Positions 28,704 to 38,525 of a DNA stretch of 64,000 bases are shown one piece after another. The translations under genes and the position numbers were made by a program. Position 1 is the first letter of the stretch. Every line of letters begins with the position of its first letter. The stretch spans positions 1 through 64,000 of the forward strand of contig JBGSVZ010000113.1 in the NCBI GenBank assembly GCA_041752695.1. Direction: 5' to 3'. Below the pieces are notes generated by a model. That model saw only the letters and a list, made by a program, of their open reading frames with translations. It made no database searches and was not told where the DNA came from. Origin of the DNA: Terrimicrobiaceae bacterium (GTDB lineage: Bacteria; Verrucomicrobiota; Verrucomicrobiia; Chthoniobacterales; Terrimicrobiaceae).

Positions 28704-30929
28704 TCAGGAGAACTCTCGCGTTTCACCCGCTTGCATTGTCACCGCCCAAGTTTTCCCATCCCCGGTGACGGGACAATCTGACGGAATTTGAAATGCACAG
28801 GGCGTTCTGGAGCTCAGCCGCACTGTGCCACCACGCAAGCTGCGCAGGGATAAATAATCTACGAAGCCTTCCTTCCAGCGGGCACTGAGCACAAATCCCC
28901 CGGGAGCATGAAGGCCGGAGAAACCGCATTGCCGCCAGTGCGCAGGGACCCCCTCAAAAAGCCAGATTACGCCCACCCGCGAGTGCATGAGCATGTCCAT
29001 GACGGCCGCGCAGGCGGCAAGGCCTGCTTCGATTTGAATGAACTCCCCCCGCTTCTGTCCGCCCTCATAGGGCACTTCCGGCGGCCGGAGCGGCGTGACC
29101 TGAACATTGCGCTTCCGAAAGTTGCCATCGTGCAGCGTTCCGTGCCCCTCGTTGGTGTAAATCCGCTCCCATAACTCAAGTATCCCCTCGGCGAGCTCCG
29201 GCGAACCAATCCGGGTGTGAAGCATGGCCGCCCATGGCATACACCATCCGCTCCAAAGTCCCATGCCCTGGAGGTTCCACCAGTCGTAAGTCGCCAAAAG
29301 AACCGGAGCCCAGGCGGGATCGGTCGGCTCAATGATATCCCATGGATAAAGGGCACCCCAGTGGGAATGGTGACGGTGGCTGTAAGTGAGGTCCTGTCCC
29401 TCCCAAAGCATGAGCTTCTTCCGCCCCACCGGGGCCTCGACGCAGGCGATGGGCAGACCACGTTCCAACTCCGACCAGACCGGATCGGCCGGTTCACCGA
29501 GCTGGAGGCACGCCTCGTGGAGCGCACGGATGAGCGCATGATACGCCCCAAGCTGAAAGCTGGCATCCCGACCCCACGCATTCATTTCGGACCCATTGAA
29601 TTCGGGCGACACGCTGACAGGCAGGGAAAAGCGATCGCCGTCCCGTTCGACCAATTTTTCGCAAACCTTCATCGCACCGCGCAGGAACGGCAAAGCGCGC
29701 TCGCGGAGAAAGACCTCATCTCCGGTGTGGCGCCAGTAGTCCATCATCAGAAGGCCAACCCAAATCGTGCATGCGTGGTCAATGGTTCCAGCCCAGAATC
29801 CTCCGATGATCGTGGCACGGTCGTCGACCGCGTGGGACAGGATGAATCCATCCTCAATACCAAGAAAACGCCTCGCATTTTCGCGCAGGATATCCCTCCA
29901 ACTCCAGACTAGGTCAAAGAGGGGCATTAGCATTTCCGCCTTGCCCGAGGCAAAAGCAGGCCAGCAACACATCTGCACGTTGATGTTGAAATGGTAGTCG
30001 TTCGACCAGGGCGGAAGCTGGTAATCCTCCACCCAGCAACCTTGCAATCCGGGAGGTGCGGCATGGATATTCCACAGTCCCGCGAATTTCCAGAGGCCGT
30101 AGCGGTGAAAAAAAGCGAGCCGTTCGTTCGGAATGTCGAGAATCGGAGCAGTTTGCCAGTAGTCCTGCCACCATTTTGCCACGCGCCGAGGAAGATCGTC
30201 GACGGGATTTCGTGCCGCCGCAGCAACCATCCCACAAGAGACCTGTCGGGCTTCGGCGCAATGCATCGCGGTAATGTGCAAATGCCGCCCTCCCACGGCG
30301 ATGGCCACAGCGCAAGGAGGATCCGCTGGCATATCCTGTTGCCAGCCTTCGACTTGAACATCTCCTTGTTTTTCACAAAAGGGCACGGGGGGCTGAAAGG
30401 ACAGCGATGCCAGATAGCCGTTCATATGCTCCCATGCGGGCACGAGGCGGCGTTCGGGAATCGGGCAACCCGCCCCAAAGCCGACTTGGAGAAGAGGCTG
30501 GTCGCGATCGAGGTAAAGCATGACGCTGCATTCCTCTGTCCCCGATCCGGCGAGGAAAACGGTCAACATTCCTGTCTCAAAGCAGAGCTCCGCCCGGAGA
30601 AGTCTGGTGTCGGCAGGGAAATGAAGTTCAATTCGTCCGATGGAAATGACACTCGGATTCTTCGGTTGACCGGGAACGGGACCGCGGTGCTCCAAGAGAG
30701 ATTTCAACCGGCTCTCATCGTCCGCGTCCAGACACTCCTTGAGGGATTCAAAGGTCATCGCTTCGCCCCATTGGCTTCCGCCGCGGTGGTCCCAAAGATC
30801 ACCCCGCCCCAAGGTGAGTCGAAGGACATTGTTTTCACCCCAGACCATGACACCGAGCATGCCATTGCCAAGCAGCGGGCCAGTGTGAACACGGGGTAAT
30901 GGAAACGGCCAAGTGTGCGAGGCTTTCAT
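28704..30929 (-). CDS. GH95-like glycoside hydrolase (1,2-alpha-L-fucosidase/alpha-L-galactosidase-like)
   Basis: LGNGMLG, WSNDYHFNINVQM, SVSPE, HRHHSH, GFVLSARWKEG. Confidence 0.8.
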   Translation of the reverse strand: MKASHTWPFPLPRVHTGPLLGNGMLGVMVWGENNVLRLTLGRGDLWDHRGGSQWGEAMTFESLKECLDADDESRLKSLLEHRGPVPGQPKNPSVISIGRIELHFPADTRLLRAELCFETGMLTVFLAGSGTEECSVMLYLDRDQPLLQVGFGAGCPIPERRLVPAWEHMNGYLASLSFQPPVPFCEKQGDVQVEGWQQDMPADPPCAVAIAVGGRHLHITAMHCAEARQVSCGMVAAAARNPVDDLPRRVAKWWQDYWQTAPILDIPNERLAFFHRYGLWKFAGLWNIHAAPPGLQGCWVEDYQLPPWSNDYHFNINVQMCCWPAFASGKAEMLMPLFDLVWSWRDILRENARRFLGIEDGFILSHAVDDRATIIGGFWAGTIDHACTIWVGLLMMDYWRHTGDEVFLRERALPFLRGAMKVCEKLVERDGDRFSLPVSVSPEFNGSEMNAWGRDASFQLGAYHALIRALHEACLQLGEPADPVWSELERGLPIACVEAPVGRKKLMLWEGQDLTYSHRHHSHWGALYPWDIIEPTDPAWAPVLLATYDWWNLQGMGLWSGWCMPWAAMLHTRIGSPELAEGILELWERIYTNEGHGTLHDGNFRKRNVQVTPLRPPEVPYEGGQKRGEFIQIEAGLAACAAVMDMLMHSRVGVIWLFEGVPAHWRQCGFSGLHAPGGFVLSARWKEGFVDYLSLRSLRGGTVRLSSRTPCAFQIPSDCPVTGDGKTWAVTMQAGETREFS

Positions 30930-31026
30930 ATCAAAAAGGGACTACTTCAAGTCTCTTTGCAGCAGTGAGTACTCAAGCGGAGAAAAGACGGCATCTTTGG
31001 CCCGTTTCCAAGTGACAGCCACATGA

Positions 31027-32301
31027 CTAGCGCTTGGAGACGACTCTTTTTTTCGGCATTGTCTTATCCGACGGAGTGGGGACCACAGTAACGGTATTGG
31101 CGGCTTTTTCTGTTGACGTTCTGTTGAGGATCTTTGCCCGGTATGCGGAGATCGTAAGCCCGGTTTTTTTATGAAAAACGGAAACGAGCGCCTTGGCATC
31201 AGAGAAACCGGTTTTTTCCGAAATCTCGGCAAGAGAAAGTTCGTTGTCGGCAAGATATTTCTTCACCTGGTTGATCCGAACCGTCGTAATTGTCTCCTTC
31301 GGGGAACAGCCGGTCACCTTGATAAACCGGCGCTCGATATACCGCCGCGATGCCCCGGTGGCGCTGACAACGTCAGCGACGGAGATCGGCTGAAAGGCAT
31401 TCGCCATTATGAACGTAAGCGCTCTCGCCACAATAGGGTCTGCGACAGCAACCATTTCGGTGGAGCGTCTAGAGAAAACGCCTGATGGAGGGATCCGGAC
31501 CGGTTCGACAGGCTTGGGATTTCCGTCAAGCAAGGAATCCAAGAGAGCCGCTGCTTCCATGCCGATGCGCCTCCAGGGAATGATCACGCTCGAAATGGGA
31601 ACCGGCGAGAGTTCACAGCAGATCTCATCGTTATCCACACCCAGCACAGCGACCTCACCCGGCACCGAAATCCCCGCGTGCAAGCAGGTGTTAATCACGT
31701 TCAGGGCGGCGGTGTCATTTGTCGCAAAGAGCGCGAGTGGCAAGGGCATTTCGCGCAGAAATGCCTCCAGTTTCGGCCAACCCTCCAACGAGTGTTTGGG
31801 CCAGTTGGTATTGCTGGTATTGATACTTCTGGCCGTAAATCCGTGCCGTTTCAGCTCCTCGTGGAATCCATTCGCCCTGAGATCGGAGTAGGGGAAACCT
31901 TGGAGATCAGCCACCGCAAAGTTGACGAACTGTCGTTCCAAAAAGTATCTGGCGGCAAGGCATCCGCACTCGTAGTTGTCCGGCAGCACGGAGGGAACAA
32001 GCGAGGCCCCAGCCGTCTCCACGACATTCACAGAAGGAATGCCGGACTTTGCCACGCACTGGATGCCTTTGTCTGACCAAACCGCGCAGATCACGCCGGG
32101 ATGAGGAGCATCCGGCGGAAAATGGGCAAGGTCCGCTGCATCAACACTCTTCGATTGTTTGATAAAATTCCATGGCCGCGCCGAGTGAATCTGCCGGAAG
32201 ATCCCGAGCAGGATTTCCCGTGTGAAGAAGACGTCCGTGGGGAGACCGAGCATCACATGGGCGGTCTTGGAGGCTTTGTCGAACTTGGAGGTTTTCGCCA
32301 T
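31027..32301 (-). CDS. XylR-type transcriptional activator (LacI-type sugar-binding domain plus AraC HTH)
   Basis: VPGEVAVLGVDNDE, SRRYIERRF, LAEISEKTGFSD...FHKKTGLT. Confidence 0.9.
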   Translation of the reverse strand: MAKTSKFDKASKTAHVMLGLPTDVFFTREILLGIFRQIHSARPWNFIKQSKSVDAADLAHFPPDAPHPGVICAVWSDKGIQCVAKSGIPSVNVVETAGASLVPSVLPDNYECGCLAARYFLERQFVNFAVADLQGFPYSDLRANGFHEELKRHGFTARSINTSNTNWPKHSLEGWPKLEAFLREMPLPLALFATNDTAALNVINTCLHAGISVPGEVAVLGVDNDEICCELSPVPISSVIIPWRRIGMEAAALLDSLLDGNPKPVEPVRIPPSGVFSRRSTEMVAVADPIVARALTFIMANAFQPISVADVVSATGASRRYIERRFIKVTGCSPKETITTVRINQVKKYLADNELSLAEISEKTGFSDAKALVSVFHKKTGLTISAYRAKILNRTSTEKAANTVTVVPTPSDKTMPKKRVVSKR

Positions 32302-32398
32302 GGAAGAGAACCCGAAAATTGCGGCAGATTGTTTGAAGATGCAATTCAATTGCTCTCATTCCCACCGGGCCTGACGAGGACTTAATCAAAATGTCCGC

Positions 32399-32425
32399 CG
32401 CAAATCCGACCAAAATGATCCGCAA
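32399..32425 (+). promoter_or_regulatory. CGCAA-N17-CGCAA operator upstream of the ABC operon, divergent from the regulator
   Basis: cgcaa-atccgaccaaaatgatc-cgcaa. Confidence 0.7.
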
Positions 32426-32491
32426 TTTCACAGTCCAACCGGATGGTTCTCCTTGAGTGATTAATGCCCTTTAAGGAGTGTAAGCGAACCC

Positions 32492-35203
32492 GTGTTCCAT
32501 CGCGCCTTCCTCCCTCTATTTTTACTGACCACCTGTCTCGCACAAGCCCGGCCATCTACGGATTCAGCTCAAAGTGCTTCAAGGACAGTGGTCCGCGTGA
32601 CTGGATTCACCAATTGGGCCTGGGATCCAGTGACTCGTGCGCGGCGCGCTTCGCTCCGCGCCTGGCTGAAGAGCGAAGATCCTCAAACCGGAAAACCCTG
32701 GGGGCAGATCGTCCAGATCGAGCCCGACAATCCGCTGAACTTTCCCGGTTTCAGCCTCAAGCTGCTCAACTTTGCCGCTGGCACGGGCGAGCAGGTGATC
32801 ACGACAAACCAGGGAATCGACCAGTTTTTTCAATACCGCAACATGCGGTTCCTTCTCCCGCTCAATGCGTTTATTTGGAAAATCCGCACGTCGGCTGACG
32901 GGCAACCGCTCCGGAAGGCCGACGGTTCATGGGACTATGAAACCGGCCCGGACGGCGAGCGCATCCTGATCTGGCAGGATTGGGAGAGAATCCCCAAGGT
33001 CTACCGAGAGCTTTCCGTGGTCGACGACGACGTCTTCGGGGTTCCAATCTCCACATCGGTGATGGGCCTGATGTATCGCCGCGATGTCTTCAAGGACTCG
33101 GGGTTGGATGACCAGGAGCCGCCTGCGACATGGGACAAAATGTTCGAGGACTGTTTGCAAATCTGCGCCAATGCGCCGGAGGGGAAAGTTCGTTTTGGAA
33201 TCCAGCTCACCGACAAGGTCCTCCAACTCCACGTTTTGGGAAATGGCGGGAACTTTGCCCTCCAGGAACCGGGTGGAACATCCTGGCGTGCCACCCTGGA
33301 CACCCCTGAGGTGGCGGCCGCAATCACCTACGGCCGACGACTCACCCTCACCCGCTGGCTGAGGGGCCCGGACAACAAGCCCATCGTGGCCTGGGATCCG
33401 TCCGCCACGACCCAGCCCAGGATTTTTCACCCGGCACTTGGTGAGGGGCACTGGGAGGGAAATCCGCTTTCCAATGGATCCTCGGTCGTCTTCCCCTCCC
33501 GCACGTATGGCCCGGGCGAGATCCGCATCGGGGTGGCAATGAACCAGCTCGGCGGGGTCTCCGCCGGGGTTTCTGAGAAATGGTATGATCTCTTTTTTGC
33601 GCCCGATGGATTGCTGGGGATGGCCTTCAACACACCTGATCGGGTGACAGGCTTCTCCGCCAGCTTGAATCCGGCCTGGCTTGGCTACGGCCCGATTCCC
33701 GCTGGATCCGCTGGTCGACGACTTCCGGCCCAGAGTGAGATGGGCGGACTCAATTACGTCCTTGCAAACAATCCGACGAAGGCCCGCCTTTCCTGGCAGG
33801 TGCTAAGTTTTCTTTCCGGAGAGCAGTCCCGGCGCGAGGCCGTCCACAGCTATGTGCGGGAGGGGGAGGGCATCGCGGAAACCCTCGACCCGAAGCGACT
33901 GGAGGCAGAAGGCTACATGACCATCGCCCAACGGGTTCAACCCTCTCTTCGGGCCTATTGGGAAAACGCAGAGCCGTGGACAATCGCTCCCATCGGCGCA
34001 AAAAATTTCGACGCCCTGCTCGGAAAATACCTCGCCCCCATCTTCCGCCGTGCCAGCGAGGACCCGAACTATGACTTCCGTCCAGCCCTTCTGGAAGCCC
34101 AGCAGCAGATTCAAGCGCGGCTGGATTTCGACGCGGGAGATGCCAACGCCGTCAAAGGCAGGCCCCTTATTCTTGCCGCGATCTGGGCGATGTTTATCCT
34201 CGTCCTTGTCGGAGGAATCCTCGGGTTCCGCTCGCTCCTCGTCATGCACGCGGGAAACGCCGGGCCAGATCGCGCAGGAATGAAAAACCGCTACGAGCGC
34301 ATCGCCTGGACAATGCTTGCCCCTGCCCTGCTCCTCATCGCGGTTTTCTCGTATTACCCAATATTCAAAGCCCTGCCGATCGCGTTTCAAGACTACTATG
34401 TCGTGGGGCCCTCAACCTGGGTGGGAGCAAACAATTTCGTGGAGGTATTCAGGAACCCAGCGACCTGGAAATCACTATTACTTACCGGCTACTACATGGC
34501 GGTCGCCGTCACGATCGGCTTCTTCGCCCCCGTTGGGCTTGCGATCCTGATGAGCGAAATCAAAGCCTTTCGCTACTTTTTTCGAACCGCCTATTACCTG
34601 CCGGGTGTGGTGGCTGGCATCATTCTTCTGGTCATGTGGCAACGATTCTACGAGCCGACCCCGCAGGGAATGATGAACGGTCTTCTTCATGGCCTCATAA
34701 ACGCGTGGAATGCAATCAGCCCCGGGACGTCCTGGGATCTGATGTATCAGCCGGTGGATTGGTTAAGGCATCCGGTCTGGGGTATTCCCGCCGTCATTTT
34801 TGTCGGAGTCTGGGGAGGCATGGGCGGAGGGATGCTGATTTACCTGGCCGCTCTGAAAAGTATTCCCGAGGAACTCTACGAGGCGGCGGAAATCGACGGG
34901 GCCGGCTGGCGGAGCCGCTTTATGAACATCACGATGGCCTACCTCAAGCCGCTGCTCATCATCAACTTTATCGGAGCGGTGATTGGGGCATTCCAATCCT
35001 CGGGAAACATCCTCGCCCTCGCGGGCAACTTCCCGGCGACTTACACATTCGCCGTCCACCTCTGGTTCGAGGCTTTCGGTCTCGGCAATTTCGGCGTCGG
35101 CACCGCCCTCTCCTGGCTCATGGCTTCGATTCTCGTCTTCTTCACTATTTGGCAATTGAATATTCTGCGGAAGGTGGAGTTTCGCAAAGCCGAGGCTGAT
35201 TAG
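32492..35203 (+). CDS. Carbohydrate ABC transporter: solute-binding protein fused to permease
   Basis: SBP motif LMYRRDVFKDSG...PPATWD; C-terminal TM helices with ELYEAAEIDGA EAA loop. Confidence 0.88.
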   Translation: MFHRAFLPLFLLTTCLAQARPSTDSAQSASRTVVRVTGFTNWAWDPVTRARRASLRAWLKSEDPQTGKPWGQIVQIEPDNPLNFPGFSLKLLNFAAGTGEQVITTNQGIDQFFQYRNMRFLLPLNAFIWKIRTSADGQPLRKADGSWDYETGPDGERILIWQDWERIPKVYRELSVVDDDVFGVPISTSVMGLMYRRDVFKDSGLDDQEPPATWDKMFEDCLQICANAPEGKVRFGIQLTDKVLQLHVLGNGGNFALQEPGGTSWRATLDTPEVAAAITYGRRLTLTRWLRGPDNKPIVAWDPSATTQPRIFHPALGEGHWEGNPLSNGSSVVFPSRTYGPGEIRIGVAMNQLGGVSAGVSEKWYDLFFAPDGLLGMAFNTPDRVTGFSASLNPAWLGYGPIPAGSAGRRLPAQSEMGGLNYVLANNPTKARLSWQVLSFLSGEQSRREAVHSYVREGEGIAETLDPKRLEAEGYMTIAQRVQPSLRAYWENAEPWTIAPIGAKNFDALLGKYLAPIFRRASEDPNYDFRPALLEAQQQIQARLDFDAGDANAVKGRPLILAAIWAMFILVLVGGILGFRSLLVMHAGNAGPDRAGMKNRYERIAWTMLAPALLLIAVFSYYPIFKALPIAFQDYYVVGPSTWVGANNFVEVFRNPATWKSLLLTGYYMAVAVTIGFFAPVGLAILMSEIKAFRYFFRTAYYLPGVVAGIILLVMWQRFYEPTPQGMMNGLLHGLINAWNAISPGTSWDLMYQPVDWLRHPVWGIPAVIFVGVWGGMGGGMLIYLAALKSIPEELYEAAEIDGAGWRSRFMNITMAYLKPLLIINFIGAVIGAFQSSGNILALAGNFPATYTFAVHLWFEAFGLGNFGVGTALSWLMASILVFFTIWQLNILRKVEFRKAEAD

Positions 35204-35217
35204 CAGACAACAAGGTT

Positions 35218-37101
35218 ATGATTATCTCCAACATTGAGCGCCGGACCCTGCGGGGGAAAATGGCGATGGCGGTTATCTACTCCGCACTCCTTTTTGGGGC
35301 GGTCACGATGATCTATCCGTTTCTGCTCATGCTTCGGCTTTCGACCTCCGATGGCACCGACCAGAACTCGCTATCCCCGCTCCCATCGTTCTGGTGGAGC
35401 AAACCTGATTTGGCAAACAAGTATCTCATCCAGCAATACCTGATTCCGAACGAGATGCTTGCCTATGCGTACGGGGACGATTCCTGGTCATCCATAGTCA
35501 AAAAAAGGGATCTCTACGAACAGCACCTGCAACCTTTCGAATCGCTCCCACCGGAGCAACTCGCCCGCCGCGCCGGGGATTTCGTGGCGTTCAAAGAAAC
35601 CTTAGACCCGCGCTATGTCGGAGTCCAGTTCACCTACGTGCCGGGCCGCAGCCGCGAAGACATGTGGATTCAGTTCTACCTCGCCCGCCGGGACAAGGCG
35701 CCACCGGAAAATTACCGCTTCATCGAGCCTCCAAAACCGGATTTCAAACGCCGCGATTGGACGCCAGCATTCGACGCTGATTGGTTTAACTGGCAGGAAT
35801 GGTCAGCCCAGCTTCTTCCGGCCGAGTGCTACGCCTACAGCGCCAACTTTCCTTACCAGGTTTTCCTCAAGCGCCGATACAACGAGAACCTCGCAGCGTT
35901 GAACGCTGCGCATGGCGCCAACTACCGTACGTTCGCAGACGGCCCAGTTTTCTCAACCGAACCACCTGCCGCCGGTTCGCGGCAGCGGGCGGATTGGGAC
36001 ACTTACGTGAACACCTCCCTCCCACTGTTTTGGCAGCGACTCACGCCCGAAGCAGCTGTCCGCCTTACCCTCGCCTGGAGAAAGTTTATATCCGATTCCA
36101 AACACATCACCGGTGCAGCGGACTGGGCGACCCGGACAGGACTTCCCCCGGAGGACCCGGCGCTGCTGGCCTTGCCGGAGACCATGCCCCCCTCCGATGT
36201 GGCAGCCCGGTGGTGGTGCGATTTCGTTTCGGAGCATGCAGAGATTTCGGACCGCATTTTTTCCAGTAGCGAGGAGGATTTTTGTGCCTTTTTGAAAGAG
36301 AAATACGGCACCCTGAGCGGCCTGAATACCGCCTGGGGGTCCAACTTCAAGGCTTGGGAAGCCGTCCGCCTTCCGCTCGCCGAGACGGATCTCCACCTTC
36401 TCTCAACCCAGCGACTGGCGATTACCTGGGAAAAAACCATCACTAACTACAGGCGGGTCTTCGAGATGCTTGGAGGCACGGGAGGCGGTCCGTTTTTCAA
36501 CACGTTTCTGATCATCCTCCTCTCCGTCGTCACGTCCCTCACCGTGAACCCGTTAGCCGCCTATGCCCTCTCACGTTTCCGCCTGCGCCGCACGCAAAAG
36601 GCTCTCATCTTTATCCTGGCGACAATGGCTCTGCCTAGCGAAGTGGCCCTCGTTCCCGGCTTTCTTCTCGTCCGTGACCTTCACCTCACCGACAGCTTCT
36701 TTGCGCTCGTCCTTCCGCACGCGGCCAATGCCTTCAGCATCTTTTTGCTCAAAGGGTTCTTCGATTCGCTTCCGCAGGAACTCTATGAAGCTGCAACCAT
36801 AGATGGGGCCGGCGAGATTCGCATGTTTCTGCAGATTACCATTCCCCTTGCGATGCCGATCATCGCGGTCACGTTGCTCAGCACCATCACCCACGCCTAC
36901 AACCTGTTCATGCCGGCCGTCATGTACCTTGGCGATACCTCGCTGTGGCCGGTCGCAACAAAGATTTACGAAATCAACCAAACGTCCGGAAAGGGAATCG
37001 GCATGGCCGCACTGGTGGTTGCCAGCATCTTCCCCCTCCTCGTCTTCATCTTCTGCCAGCGCATCATCATGCGCGGCATCATTCTTCCGAGCATGAAATG
37101 A
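35218..37101 (+). CDS. Carbohydrate ABC permease with large periplasmic insertion
   Basis: MIYPFLLML N-terminal TM; about 370-aa soluble loop; ELYEAATIDGAGE EAA motif. Confidence 0.88.
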   Translation: MIISNIERRTLRGKMAMAVIYSALLFGAVTMIYPFLLMLRLSTSDGTDQNSLSPLPSFWWSKPDLANKYLIQQYLIPNEMLAYAYGDDSWSSIVKKRDLYEQHLQPFESLPPEQLARRAGDFVAFKETLDPRYVGVQFTYVPGRSREDMWIQFYLARRDKAPPENYRFIEPPKPDFKRRDWTPAFDADWFNWQEWSAQLLPAECYAYSANFPYQVFLKRRYNENLAALNAAHGANYRTFADGPVFSTEPPAAGSRQRADWDTYVNTSLPLFWQRLTPEAAVRLTLAWRKFISDSKHITGAADWATRTGLPPEDPALLALPETMPPSDVAARWWCDFVSEHAEISDRIFSSSEEDFCAFLKEKYGTLSGLNTAWGSNFKAWEAVRLPLAETDLHLLSTQRLAITWEKTITNYRRVFEMLGGTGGGPFFNTFLIILLSVVTSLTVNPLAAYALSRFRLRRTQKALIFILATMALPSEVALVPGFLLVRDLHLTDSFFALVLPHAANAFSIFLLKGFFDSLPQELYEAATIDGAGEIRMFLQITIPLAMPIIAVTLLSTITHAYNLFMPAVMYLGDTSLWPVATKIYEINQTSGKGIGMAALVVASIFPLLVFIFCQRIIMRGIILPSMK

Positions 37102-38525
37102 ACTGCTCACGTCCCAAAATCGTCATTATTGGCGCAGGGAGTCTGTTTTTTGGCCGCAAGCTCATCTGGGCCATGAACCGTTTGGAAGGCCTCACCGACG
37201 GCACGCTATCGCTTGTGGACACCGACCCCACGCACCTTGCGGGCATGGAGACTCTGGCTCGAAAATCAAAGGCCGCCTCCGGTGCCAGCTTTCAGATCGA
37301 GGCGTCAACGAATTTCCGTGATGCCCTGCCCGGCGCGGACTTCGTAGTTCTGAGCTTTTCGCACCGGAACGCTCACTACCGCGGGGTGGATTGTGCGATC
37401 AGCGCGAAGCACGGGGTGCGGATGTGCTCGGGCGACACCATCGGGCCCGGAGGAGTCTTTCGGGCCCTTCGTGAACTGCCGAATGTGCTGGAGATCGCCA
37501 ATGCCGTCGCTGAGACGTGCCCGGAGGCTTGGCTGATCAACTACATCAACCCGTCAACCGTTATCGGCATGGCGCTCCAGCGCCATGGAAGGACAAAAAA
37601 CTTCGCCATGTGCGACAGTTTGCATCTCCCGTTTCTCAAGCAGAACTACATGGAGATGATCGGGCTGGATCCAGCCAGGGAGGAGGAATTCGACATGCGC
37701 GTGACGGGCGTCAACCACTTCACCTGGATGCTGAAAGCCACATTCCAAGGGAGGGATGTCTTGCCGGATCTCCGCGCAGCACTCGGAGATTTGGGCGACA
37801 AGGAAGACGCGGCGGACTGTGCAAAATCTCTGTTCAACAAACGGATCTCCGCCAAACTTGGGAGCGTTTTCGGAGCGATCCCGGTCTGCACGGCCCATAC
37901 GAAGGAATATCTGCCGTACTTCCAAGGACAGGGGGCTCATGTCGCAAGTGAGATCGTGCCCCCGCTCAGCCTTTTCGAGCATGAGGACCGCGAACGGATC
38001 ACCTCGCAGATGTGGGACGAAGTGAACGCCTTTTGCTCCAGAAAAAAGCCCATTGCCGAATTCTTGGAACAGGGAAGTTCGGACCACGCGACCGATGTCA
38101 TCCAGGCAATCTGGAACGACTCCGGCCGCCACCTCTACGTCAACGTTCCTAATACCCACTGCGTCCCGAATCTCCCGTCGGATGCGATCCTTGAGCTGGA
38201 ATGTGAGGTCGGAAACTCCGGTCCATCGCCCCTTCCGGTCGGCAACATGCCGCTTGGCCTGAGATGCCTGCAGATGCGGATCCTCGACACGCACGAACTG
38301 ACGGTTGAGGCGTTTCTAAAGAAGGACCGCAACCTGCTGCTGCGGGCCCTTGCGGTTGATCCCATCATTAATTCGCTCCGAACGGCCGAAGCCGTTCTGG
38401 AGGATCTCTACGAATCCCAAAAAGACGTCCTCGAAGATTGGGTCGCTCCCGGAAAGCCAACGGAAGACGCCTGTCGCAACGCGGCACAGGATACGGTTCA
38501 TCAGGGACAGACAATTATTTTCTGA
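37098..38525 (+). CDS. GH4 NAD+-dependent glycosidase (alpha-galactosidase-like)
   Basis: KIVIIGAGS, GDTIGPGG, NYINP, GVNHFTW; ATG overlaps the permease stop. Confidence 0.9.
   Translation: MNCSRPKIVIIGAGSLFFGRKLIWAMNRLEGLTDGTLSLVDTDPTHLAGMETLARKSKAASGASFQIEASTNFRDALPGADFVVLSFSHRNAHYRGVDCAISAKHGVRMCSGDTIGPGGVFRALRELPNVLEIANAVAETCPEAWLINYINPSTVIGMALQRHGRTKNFAMCDSLHLPFLKQNYMEMIGLDPAREEEFDMRVTGVNHFTWMLKATFQGRDVLPDLRAALGDLGDKEDAADCAKSLFNKRISAKLGSVFGAIPVCTAHTKEYLPYFQGQGAHVASEIVPPLSLFEHEDRERITSQMWDEVNAFCSRKKPIAEFLEQGSSDHATDVIQAIWNDSGRHLYVNVPNTHCVPNLPSDAILELECEVGNSGPSPLPVGNMPLGLRCLQMRILDTHELTVEAFLKKDRNLLLRALAVDPIINSLRTAEAVLEDLYESQKDVLEDWVAPGKPTEDACRNAAQDTVHQGQTIIF

Noticed and set aside
32320..32343. 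Autoregulatory operator in front of the XylR-type gene
   Set aside because: Half-sites are 20 rather than 22 bp apart and the second is degenerate
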